Translations under genes and position numbers: made by a program | Source: a virus | Strand: one strand, 5' to 3' | DNA: 64,000 nucleotides | Virus record (IMG/VR): IMGVR_UViG_3300047510_003167 | Coordinates: 1-64,000 of that record | In this document: positions 19,110 through 27,925 of the stretch, one piece after another | Layout of the letters: each line of letters opens with the position of its first letter | Position numbering within the stretch: position 1 is the first letter of the stretch | Notes under the pieces: generated by a model | What the model saw: only the letters and a program-made list of their open reading frames with translations | Database searches by the model: none | Told to the model about the DNA's origin: nothing

Positions 19110-19892
19110 ATGGCATCGACTTCTACCAATAAGCAACCTGTTTTTACAGACCGCCCGTTGTTTGACGTTGTGCGTGTTACGACGCAAACCGTTGGTAGCG
19201 CTACCACCAACACCTTGTTTGTTCAAGGTGGCCAAGCGCCGTCCATCTTGGTTGACATGGACGCAACCTTGAGTGATGACAACAATAATGGTGGTGTCGT
19301 TGATTCCATTACGATTACTCGTAACGACTTTTACCGTGATGCAGACTATACGGTGAATGCAGCAACTTCTGGCACTGCTATTTCTATCATTAGCGGTCAG
19401 ATTGTTAATGTTCAATCGACAGGCGTTTTAACAGGTTCGGGAGCAGCTAGCGGTGTCGGGTACTACACGTATACTGGATCTTCTGCTCTTGCGGGCATTA
19501 ACACGGCTTTACATTATTCTGGTGGTATTGCCAGTGGTTTTGTCTTTAACGGCATTGGTTATGGCAACCAGCCTGCGGTAACTTTTGTTTTCTATCACAC
19601 TCGTAACACCACCACGCCCATCCCTGGTTCTGGTGACTACCGCATTGTGTTTGCAAAGACTGTTGGTGCAAATGTCCAGACAGTTGACTGCAGCGATTTA
19701 ATGCCTCAACTGGCAGCACCAATTGTGCAAGCAGGTAATACCACTGGCCTTGGTGAGACTGCACCCCTTCGCAATAAAGGTATTTACCTGGAGCGAGGCG
19801 ATCGTATTTATGTGGGTGTTTTCCCGGATGCTCCTAACGCTGCTGGATATGCCCCTGGTGCCCACGTAATTGCTCAGGGCGGTTTCTTCTAA
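19110..19892 (+). CDS. Putative tail/structural protein
   Basis: 260 aa beta-rich; MASTSTNKQPVF N-terminus. Confidence 0.55.
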   Translation: MASTSTNKQPVFTDRPLFDVVRVTTQTVGSATTNTLFVQGGQAPSILVDMDATLSDDNNNGGVVDSITITRNDFYRDADYTVNAATSGTAISIISGQIVNVQSTGVLTGSGAASGVGYYTYTGSSALAGINTALHYSGGIASGFVFNGIGYGNQPAVTFVFYHTRNTTTPIPGSGDYRIVFAKTVGANVQTVDCSDLMPQLAAPIVQAGNTTGLGETAPLRNKGIYLERGDRIYVGVFPDAPNAAGYAPGAHVIAQGGFF

Positions 19893-19895
19893 ACC

Positions 19896-21536
19896 ATGGC
19901 AGCAAAGCGTGGAAACACGTTTGGAAATTTTGGCGCAACAACAATTAGTGCGCCTAAGGGTGTTGTGCCAATTACCACGGAGTTTTCCAAGGGAAGCGTC
20001 CCTGATTCGATCTATACAATTGACCGCGAATCTGCTTGGTCCCGCTGGAGAAGAGGTTACGAGTTAGCCACCGCTTCGTCATATGACAACGAATACGAAT
20101 ATTCTTTTACTTACAACATTCCATTACCGCCGGGCGTAACGCCCATCACCGGAAACCTGCCTACTATTCCAGGTGTTTTTAAAGGGTTCCCAACAAGCAG
20201 CAAAGAGTTTGGCATGCACTGGGCCGGGGTTCGTGTTGCGGGCAGCCTGCGCATGGACAATATTCAATTTGCTAAAGGCTCAACGAACAGGTACTGGTTA
20301 GACGCTCATATGGAAGATTATGAGAACGTCGGTTTATTTTTTGATAATGAATTTGAAGTAGCATCTGCACCTGCATATATTGAATCTGTTACTGAAGATG
20401 ATGATTTTTGGTATGTAAAAATTGGTGGAAATTGGAGTCCATCTAATCCCTTGCCCCCTCCGCTCTATGTTCCTATCCCCGGCATCCCTGGTGGACTGAA
20501 GGCAATTAATGGCGAAATTCTGGAAGATCGAATCATTACCAAGGGTGGTGTTCCTATTACCAGGGATTCAATTGATCCGACAACTCAAAAACGCTATGGA
20601 TATGTACAGGCCGTTCTTGCGGACACCAATCCATTCACAGGTGTTTTAAAGCTGCGTAAAAGAGGATCTGTTGAATCAACACCTGATCGCACCTTTATTA
20701 CACCTGCAACCAGGCCGCCTTCAGTTGGTCGTTTCTTTATGACAGGAACACGTTATTGCTGTTCGTGTCAAGATTTCAACCGACGCGATTACGCGTTCAT
20801 GACTAATTTAAACAGCAGAAAAAATCGTTATTTTCCGCGTTCAAACATCGCATCTGTGAAGCCCGGACGCTACGAAGAAATGAAAGATCGTTCAGGTCTC
20901 ATCGATAACAGCGCAATGACATCTGCGACAACAAATCGCAATATGGCTGTTATTTCACCTGCACCAGAATATAATTTACCCCCTTCAATTACACCTAATT
21001 CAACAACAAAACAAGGGGCTACCAGAGATAATCCAGGTGTGTTTAGAGACTTTGGTTCGACTTATTTACGGGGTACGGCAGATCCATCTTTGCCGGGATC
21101 GAGTGCAGACGGTATACCCGAGTATGGCGATTATGCATCCACTGGAAATGTAATTACGTCTTTAACTGATTATTGGACACCTTTGCTAGACGAAACACGT
21201 TATTGCAAACATATCTATGCCATGAAGTTTAAAGAGGGAGTCTTCCCTCCAGAGCCCTCTGACTTCCCTGTGGCCCAAGACAGCATGGCCGAATGGGAGC
21301 AGAAACTTGTACGTGATACCGAAGAAAAACGAGTTGACGGAAGAATTAAACTTACTCAGAATGCCTTGGCATATATGGACGTACCTCCATACAACTGTCA
21401 GTCGCCCATGATGATGCCGATGATGCAAAAATTGTTTAATATTCCATCAAGCTTTGTTCGCATGCAAGGTTTTATCATGTACGACAAAGATGGAACACCA
21501 TACACTCCTTCGCTGGGGCAAAGACCTTCTGCCTAG
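19896..21536 (+). CDS. Large protein with a split SWIM-like zinc finger
   Basis: YCCSCQDF ... YCKHIYA motifs. Confidence 0.55.
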   Translation: MAAKRGNTFGNFGATTISAPKGVVPITTEFSKGSVPDSIYTIDRESAWSRWRRGYELATASSYDNEYEYSFTYNIPLPPGVTPITGNLPTIPGVFKGFPTSSKEFGMHWAGVRVAGSLRMDNIQFAKGSTNRYWLDAHMEDYENVGLFFDNEFEVASAPAYIESVTEDDDFWYVKIGGNWSPSNPLPPPLYVPIPGIPGGLKAINGEILEDRIITKGGVPITRDSIDPTTQKRYGYVQAVLADTNPFTGVLKLRKRGSVESTPDRTFITPATRPPSVGRFFMTGTRYCCSCQDFNRRDYAFMTNLNSRKNRYFPRSNIASVKPGRYEEMKDRSGLIDNSAMTSATTNRNMAVISPAPEYNLPPSITPNSTTKQGATRDNPGVFRDFGSTYLRGTADPSLPGSSADGIPEYGDYASTGNVITSLTDYWTPLLDETRYCKHIYAMKFKEGVFPPEPSDFPVAQDSMAEWEQKLVRDTEEKRVDGRIKLTQNALAYMDVPPYNCQSPMMMPMMQKLFNIPSSFVRMQGFIMYDKDGTPYTPSLGQRPSA

Positions 21537-21578
21537 TTGTTAAGTTAAAATACATAAAGCGGAAAAGAATAAAAACAA

Positions 21579-24233
21579 ATGCTGCTCCTAACTTCAGTCT
21601 CAGACCAAGTACAGCTAGTTACCAGTGCTTCAGGTCTGGTTGAAGTTCATGTTTCGTATGCAGATAATCTCTCGGGTGTTGTTACCCCTGGAAGATTAAA
21701 CACACAAATTACGACCTCTGGTTCTTCTGTTATTGTTACTGCGCCAGCCGCAAATACTCAAAGAAACGTACGAAATATTAGCGCTCGAAATGAAACTGGT
21801 GGGACCAGGACGCTTACGGTCAATCATTTTGACGGTTCATTAACCAATACACTTTGGAATGGTGCGTTAGAAAATAACGAAGAGTTGGTTTTCACTCAAG
21901 AGGGTGAATGGTTCGTTTACGACGAGACAGGGCTTTCCAAGGTCTATAACATGATCGGGGCTACCGGCCCAGCTGGAAGTCCTGGTGGAGCTACAGGTGC
22001 AACCGGTATTGGTATTACGGGTGCGACAGGAGCAACAGGTGTTGGCACTACTGGTGCCACTGGTCCAACTGGGGTTGGAATAACAGGTGCCACTGGCCCT
22101 CAAGGAGCTACCGGCGTAGGAACCACTGGAGCTACTGGTATTGGCATCACAGGTGCTACAGGGGCTACGGGTGCCACTGGCGTTGGTGTCACTGGTGCTA
22201 CAGGGGTGGCTGGGGTAACTGGAGCAACTGGTGTTGGTATTACCGGCGTCACAGGGGCTACAGGTGCCACAGGTGCGGGAGTTACAGGAGCTACAGGTGT
22301 AAGTGGCGTGAGCGGTGCCACGGGGGCCACTGGTGCCGGTGTTACGGGAGCTACCGGGGTGCAAGGAGCGACAGGCGCGTTGGGAGCTACTGGTGCTACA
22401 GGGGCTGGCGTTTCTGGGGCAACAGGTGCTACTGGCCCAGCAGGTGTGTCCGCAGCAGGTCGTACATATTGGTTTCACTCCACGACAAGTGACATTAGTC
22501 CTTACGAAGAATTAATCGCAGATTTTCCTTCTTCTTTGGCAACTGATGACATGAGTGCCACTGTTGATAGCACCAGTGGTGAAGTTTTAATTGTTGGTCA
22601 CGTAACACCATCTGGTGATCCTGGCCTAGAAGTTTTTCCTCCAGGAAACTATACGTTTAATGTTTATCGTTACGTTGATACAACCAGTGGTGTAAGTGAG
22701 ATTGTTTTTCGGGTTTACAAAGTAGATACATTAAGTGGCAATGCAGAAACCGAATTATTTAATATCACCACAAATGAAATCAATGACACAGTTGCAACTT
22801 TTCAAAGCATTGCGTATACCCTTCCAACCCCTCAAAACGTTTTAGTAACAGATCGGATCGTTGTTAAAGCATATGCAAAAACAACGTATTCCGGAAATGT
22901 TGAAGTTCACTTTGTGCATGACGGCCCAACAACCGCTTCTTATGTACAAACAGCAATTGCCGCTGGAGCCGTTGGAGAAACTGGTGCGACAGGCGCTACA
23001 GGCGTAGGTGTCACGGGTGCTACAGGTGCCACTGGAGTTGGTATCACAGGTGCGACTGGCGCTACGGGAGCAGGAACAACTGGTGCCACAGGAGCTACGG
23101 GTGTCATTGGAGTCAGTGGGGCCACGGGTGCTATCGGTGCAACAGGAGCTACTGGCGTCGGCATCACCGGTGCGACGGGCGCTACTGGAGTAGGCATTAC
23201 GGGTGCGACGGGAGCAACAGGTATTGGTATCACGGGTGCAACGGGCGCTACTGGAGTAGGCATTACAGGTGCCACTGGAGTCGCTGGAGTTACAGGTGCG
23301 ACAGGAGCAACAGGCGTCGGTATTACTGGTGCAACTGGTGTAATTGGCGTCAGCGGAGCCACTGGAGCCACTGGTATAGGTATTACTGGTGCTACGGGGG
23401 TAATTGGCGTCAGTGGAGCTACCGGCGCAACAGGTGTAACTGGAGCTACGGGTGCCGGGGTAACTGGTGCGACAGGTGTAAGTGGGGTTGATGGTGCTAC
23501 AGGAGCTACGGGTGTAGGTATAACTGGTGCAACGGGAGCTACTGGCGTCGGCATCACCGGTGCTACAGGCGTTACAGGCGCCACAGGAGTTGGAGTCACG
23601 GGGGCCACCGGAGTCGTTGGTGTTACCGGAGCCACCGGAGTCACTGGAGCAACCGGTATTGGAGTTACTGGTGCCACTGGCGTAGTTGGCGTTAGCGGTG
23701 CTACCGGCGCCACTGGCGTAGCTGGTATTGATGGAGTTACCGGTGCTACGGGAGCTACTGGCGTTGGAGTGACTGGAGCTACCGGTGCTACAGGTGTTGC
23801 TGGTGTTGACGGAGTTACGGGCGCCACAGGCGTTACAGGTGCAACCGGTGTTGGCATCACAGGTGCCACAGGCGCCACGGGTGTTACAGGTCCCCAGGGT
23901 TCCGCTGCTCCTAAATCCATTACAATTATCAACCCAGGTGCAGCAGAAAAACTACCTCTGTTCTTTAATACAGAGTCAATTACATTCACAAAAATATGCT
24001 CCATTGTTGCTGGAACATCTCCTAGTGTTAGCTTTTCAATTAGATACGGTAGTAATTTTTCCGCTGCAGGAACAGAAGTTGTAACTGGAGGCATGACAGC
24101 TAACAACACAACAACAGGTGTTCATACAACCACTTTTAACAACGCAACAGTTGCAAGCGGAAACTTTGTATGGTTAACAACTACGGCATCATCTGGTCCC
24201 ACAACTACTTTTAATGTCACGTTAATTTTCTGA
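21579..24233 (+). CDS. Collagen-like fibre protein (G-X-T repeats)
   Basis: Two long (GAT/GVT/GIT)n tracts separated by a globular domain; globular N- and C-termini. Confidence 0.88.
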   Translation: MLLLTSVSDQVQLVTSASGLVEVHVSYADNLSGVVTPGRLNTQITTSGSSVIVTAPAANTQRNVRNISARNETGGTRTLTVNHFDGSLTNTLWNGALENNEELVFTQEGEWFVYDETGLSKVYNMIGATGPAGSPGGATGATGIGITGATGATGVGTTGATGPTGVGITGATGPQGATGVGTTGATGIGITGATGATGATGVGVTGATGVAGVTGATGVGITGVTGATGATGAGVTGATGVSGVSGATGATGAGVTGATGVQGATGALGATGATGAGVSGATGATGPAGVSAAGRTYWFHSTTSDISPYEELIADFPSSLATDDMSATVDSTSGEVLIVGHVTPSGDPGLEVFPPGNYTFNVYRYVDTTSGVSEIVFRVYKVDTLSGNAETELFNITTNEINDTVATFQSIAYTLPTPQNVLVTDRIVVKAYAKTTYSGNVEVHFVHDGPTTASYVQTAIAAGAVGETGATGATGVGVTGATGATGVGITGATGATGAGTTGATGATGVIGVSGATGAIGATGATGVGITGATGATGVGITGATGATGIGITGATGATGVGITGATGVAGVTGATGATGVGITGATGVIGVSGATGATGIGITGATGVIGVSGATGATGVTGATGAGVTGATGVSGVDGATGATGVGITGATGATGVGITGATGVTGATGVGVTGATGVVGVTGATGVTGATGIGVTGATGVVGVSGATGATGVAGIDGVTGATGATGVGVTGATGATGVAGVDGVTGATGVTGATGVGITGATGATGVTGPQGSAAPKSITIINPGAAEKLPLFFNTESITFTKICSIVAGTSPSVSFSIRYGSNFSAAGTEVVTGGMTANNTTTGVHTTTFNNATVASGNFVWLTTTASSGPTTTFNVTLIF

Positions 24234-24234
24234 T

Positions 24235-24822
24235 ATGGCCATTGAATTTATTGGAGCAAGTGGTGTTGCTGCTACAACAATGACACTTCCAGCTCACGTG
24301 TCCGGAGATATTATTGTTATGTTTGCGTATAGAAACGGTAGCAACACTGCACCTACACTTCCAGCTACATGGTCTGGCATAGGAGCTACTGGGGGTAACA
24401 CAAACTCATCTAGACTTGCTTACAAATTTGTAACCAGCGGAAACACTCCATCTAATACCTGGACAAACGCAACGCACTTAGTTGCACACGTTTATAGAGG
24501 ATGTTCAAATATAGGCGCTTTTGCTGGTAGCAGCCAAGCAGCTTCAACAACAATTACCTATCCTGCATTAAGCATGCAGAACACAAACGGACGAAGTATT
24601 GTTGCTGGTTTTGCTGGTCATCGTACTGCTACGAACGTTGAATTAGCACCGGCGGGCATGACGAACAGAGCATTTATTGGTGCCGGTCCAGAGTCTGCAG
24701 GACACGATACAAATACTGGTGTTACAAGTTGGTCTGCCACAAACGTAACAGTAAACACATCAGCGGCTTCTAGAAGCTGGACTTTAGAGCTAAAAAGCGA
24801 CGGCGTCTCAATCATCAGCTAG
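24235..24822 (+). CDS. Fibre-associated beta-rich protein
   Basis: T/S/A-rich 195 aa protein immediately after the collagen-like gene. Confidence 0.55.
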   Translation: MAIEFIGASGVAATTMTLPAHVSGDIIVMFAYRNGSNTAPTLPATWSGIGATGGNTNSSRLAYKFVTSGNTPSNTWTNATHLVAHVYRGCSNIGAFAGSSQAASTTITYPALSMQNTNGRSIVAGFAGHRTATNVELAPAGMTNRAFIGAGPESAGHDTNTGVTSWSATNVTVNTSAASRSWTLELKSDGVSIIS

Positions 24823-24844
24823 AGTTTAAAAAAACAAATCTGAA

Positions 24845-25948
24845 ATGCGCCTTCATTTGATTGGGTTGTTTCACACAAAATCAACCGCTGCATATTCCCA
24901 CTGTGCCTTTACTGGAAAAGCTTTGCGCTTTCCCAAGATGATGCAAGGCCAAGGCTACGAAGTAATTGAATACTCAAATGAAGGAAGTGAAGCAAATGCA
25001 ACAAAACATATCCCTATTCTTACGGAAGAAGAGTTTGACTCAATATACGGAAAGAGAAAAAACACTGATTTCTATGGTGACGATGCAACAGTTGGTAGCG
25101 AAGGGCATCAACTCTTTGAAAAGAAATTAATTCCCCATTTAAAAGAACACCTGGAAAAAGAAGACATTATTTGCCACCCTTTTGGGCATGCACATCAAGG
25201 ATTAATGGACATCTTTCCTTCTCATCAACATGTTGAGACAGGAATTGGGTATCCAACTTTGATGCCAAATAGTTTTCGAATTTTTGAATCTTATGCCTGG
25301 ATGCATTACCATCAAGGCAAAGAAAATCGTGCAGGAAAAAATTATGAATGGGTTATTCCCAATTATTTTGATACTGATGATTGGAAACCAAAATACAAAC
25401 ACGGAGAATATTTAGCATTCTTAGGACGCATTTGTTCACCCAAAGGGTTAGATACAATTAAAGAAATTGCCAACCACAGTCCTTGGCCAATCATTCTTCA
25501 CGGACAGGGTGACGCATCCCCCTGGAAGCACCCAAACATTGAGTATCGTGGTCCAATTTCAGGACGTGAACGGTCAGAGTTTCTAGCCAATGCCCGTGCA
25601 GCATTGATGCCAACGGTATTCACTGAACCGTTTGGCGGCAGTGGCGTTGAAGCAATGCTGTGCGGTACCCCACTTATCGCTGTTGATTATGGTGCCTTTG
25701 CGGAGACAGTTGTTTCGGGTGTCACTGGATTTCGTTGCCATACTCTGCAAGATTGGCTAGATGCTATTGAAGATGTTGAAGATCTAGACCGCCGTCAAAT
25801 CGCAAAAATTGCCAAGCAACGTTATTCGTTAGAAGCTTGTGGAATCAAGTACGACAAGGCGTTCCAACAGCTTAATGATCTATGGCGTAAGGGCTGGTAC
25901 GAACTGCGTAATATGCCCGACCGTAGCATCCGCCCTCAGCCAAAGTAA
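24845..25948 (+). CDS. Glycosyltransferase, GT-B fold (GT4-like)
   Basis: FLGRICSPKG ... EPFGGSGVEAMLCGTPLI (EX7E motif). Confidence 0.88.
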   Translation: MRLHLIGLFHTKSTAAYSHCAFTGKALRFPKMMQGQGYEVIEYSNEGSEANATKHIPILTEEEFDSIYGKRKNTDFYGDDATVGSEGHQLFEKKLIPHLKEHLEKEDIICHPFGHAHQGLMDIFPSHQHVETGIGYPTLMPNSFRIFESYAWMHYHQGKENRAGKNYEWVIPNYFDTDDWKPKYKHGEYLAFLGRICSPKGLDTIKEIANHSPWPIILHGQGDASPWKHPNIEYRGPISGRERSEFLANARAALMPTVFTEPFGGSGVEAMLCGTPLIAVDYGAFAETVVSGVTGFRCHTLQDWLDAIEDVEDLDRRQIAKIAKQRYSLEACGIKYDKAFQQLNDLWRKGWYELRNMPDRSIRPQPK

Positions 25949-26453
25949 CCACGTCTCCTTTGGTACTTAACCAATAATCCAAATTAAATTGCGTAAGTTC
26001 ATGCGGGTGACCTGGATGGGGCGGAATGTCAATCCATTCGAAAATACGGAGTACCTTTCCAGCCTTTAAAGCATTGTCGATAATTAATGCAGGGTTTTCT
26101 ACATGCTGAAGGCAGTTGTAAATCCAAACTTCATCCCAACCAGTTTCAACAATCTCTTCGCCCTTTAATTGCCAGTATTCAATGTTCTTTGACGCGTAAC
26201 GATCTACGGTCCACTTGGGATAAGGCAAAGGATCAACAACTTTTCCTTTCTTTAGATTGATAGCTTTCAACAACAAAGAAACGGGTCCACCACCGATATC
26301 CAAAATAGATTTGTTTTCAACATCAAAAGAATAATGATTTCTTTTGAGTCCTAAAAAGCGTGAATAAACTAATTGCTTTTGCTCTTCGTCAATCGTATTA
26401 CAGCAATCTCCCCAGTAAGCCAGCTCAAATTCGTGGTCCTGTTCGGTACTCAT
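25872..26453 (-). CDS. Class I SAM-dependent methyltransferase
   Basis: ILDIGGG motif I; NCLQHVENP motif. Confidence 0.8.
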   Translation of the reverse strand: MSTEQDHEFELAYWGDCCNTIDEEQKQLVYSRFLGLKRNHYSFDVENKSILDIGGGPVSLLLKAINLKKGKVVDPLPYPKWTVDRYASKNIEYWQLKGEEIVETGWDEVWIYNCLQHVENPALIIDNALKAGKVLRIFEWIDIPPHPGHPHELTQFNLDYWLSTKGDVVTLAEGGCYGRAYYAVRTSPYAIDH

Positions 26454-26498
26454 ACCTAGCTTTGTCTGTTTGCCTATATTAACCTGATTAAAAGAGGA

Positions 26499-26738
26499 AT
26501 GAATTCAATGGACGAAATTAAATTCGGAGATGTTGTAGAGAGCACGTTTGTTCTTTCCCAGCGTCAGCTGGAAACACGTCAAGCAGGTTTTAGTCCTATT
26601 TCCTATCAAGGTGTACCCATTACTTATCACGCTGGGGATGTAGTCAATCTTCCTTACGAAGCGACTGAGCGATCTACAATTGAAGCAGTGGGGCTGGCCT
26701 GGGCCGCCTATGCACAAGGCATTGTGCCAGAAGATTAA
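26499..26738 (+). CDS. Hypothetical protein
   Basis: 79 aa, GAGG upstream. Confidence 0.55.
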   Translation: MNSMDEIKFGDVVESTFVLSQRQLETRQAGFSPISYQGVPITYHAGDVVNLPYEATERSTIEAVGLAWAAYAQGIVPED

Positions 26739-26755
26739 TTAATCTATACTTAAAT

Positions 26756-26773
26756 TGAGTCCAATAAGACTCA
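26756..26773. promoter_or_regulatory. Palindromic operator-like site TGAGTC-CAATAA-GACTCA
   Basis: 6-6-6 palindrome with a 17/18-identical inverted copy at 52722-52739. Confidence 0.6.
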
Positions 26774-26836
26774 TTAAGCTTTTATTTAGATGCCACAGTG
26801 CGTTGATAAGCTGTAGGCACTGATCCCCGTAAGGCT

Positions 26837-27265
26837 ATGGACAGCATCAATGCTCCTCCTGCGGATCAACTGATTGTTGATCATTACTTTCAACTATTAA
26901 CAACACCTCGTTTCAAGAAAGCTGCTTGGCTTTATGGAATGATTTCGACTTATGGCATAAAGCCAGAAGAAATAAAAGGATTCACCTGGAACGAAAACAA
27001 TACAATTAACGTCTTCACAAAGAAAAAAGCTGTACGCCCACTGCACCCTCAGTGGGTTTCTTTGTTTCAACTAAAGAAAAAGCAACCCTCAAATACTGAA
27101 GGTTGCTTAGATAAAATGATTGCTTGTTTGTATTCGTTCATTTCTTCTCCCTCGTCACGCTTAAATCTTACTGATTTAGTTTTAGCGTATCGAATGAGAA
27201 AGAAATTTTACGCACCCATCAAGAAGCAACCAGTTCAGAAGGAACTTTGCTCAGTTGCTTCCTGA
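26837..27265 (+). CDS. Truncated, degenerate tyrosine-integrase-like protein
   Basis: YGMISTYGIKPEEI...VRPLHPQWVSLFQL resembles cyanophage integrase box I; catalytic residues altered. Confidence 0.55.
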   Translation: MDSINAPPADQLIVDHYFQLLTTPRFKKAAWLYGMISTYGIKPEEIKGFTWNENNTINVFTKKKAVRPLHPQWVSLFQLKKKQPSNTEGCLDKMIACLYSFISSPSSRLNLTDLVLAYRMRKKFYAPIKKQPVQKELCSVAS

Positions 27266-27437
27266 CAGCAGCAACGTTCCAACGGTATCCATCCCTAGAG
27301 CGAGTCTCGGGGAAAGCTGCGTAGTGCGGGCCGAGCTTCAAGAAGCCTTTGTCGCGCATCTTGAAAAGCATTTTGCGGTCAATGCCCAGAAGCTCTTCTG
27401 CTTTCTGGACAGAAACCCATCCGTTTGTCGCTGCCAT
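27219..27437 (-). CDS. Excisionase-like HTH protein
   Basis: WVSVQKAEELLGIDRKMLFKMR...GPHY...YRWN, a MerR/Xis-type wHTH pattern. Confidence 0.6.
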   Translation of the reverse strand: MAATNGWVSVQKAEELLGIDRKMLFKMRDKGFLKLGPHYAAFPETRSRDGYRWNVAAVRKQLSKVPSELVAS

Positions 27438-27561
27438 GGTTTAAAACTGGCTTACATCAGTACGTTATCGGTCGCAAAGAAGCTGTCAACGTGATTAAAC
27501 AAAACTTAATCTGTTTGTTTTGGATGACCACTCTTAAAATTAGTTAACAGCCATTAGGTCT

Positions 27562-27924
27562 ATGTTCAGCAGCGCTAATGAACCGCTCGCTCTACTGATT
27601 GAACTAACACCAAAACTGGCTAAGAAACGTTTTAGAGAAGAGATCTATAAAGATTGGGATTATAAATGTGGATATTGCAATGCCCCGGCAACCAGTTTAG
27701 ATCACATTGTGCCGCGATTTAAATCAGGAACAAGTAATCGTAATAACTTAATACCGGCCTGTCAACGATGCAACAGCAACAAAGGAACAACTCCGATAGA
27801 AACCTGGTATTCTCAACAAGATTTTTTTTGTCAAGTTAGAATGGAAAGAATAAAAAACTGGATGATGCAAGAAGTTGCAGATATTTTTTTATACCAAAAA
27901 GAACATTTAAAAGAGGCTATTTAA
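27562..27924 (+). CDS. HNH endonuclease
   Basis: CGYC...LDHIVP...N LIPACQRCNSNKG. Confidence 0.88.
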   Translation: MFSSANEPLALLIELTPKLAKKRFREEIYKDWDYKCGYCNAPATSLDHIVPRFKSGTSNRNNLIPACQRCNSNKGTTPIETWYSQQDFFCQVRMERIKNWMMQEVADIFLYQKEHLKEAI

Positions 27925-27925
27925 C

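Noticed and set aside
21867-24109. Long antisense PVAPVT-repeat ORFs
   Set aside because: Mirror of the G-X-T collagen codons, not independent genes
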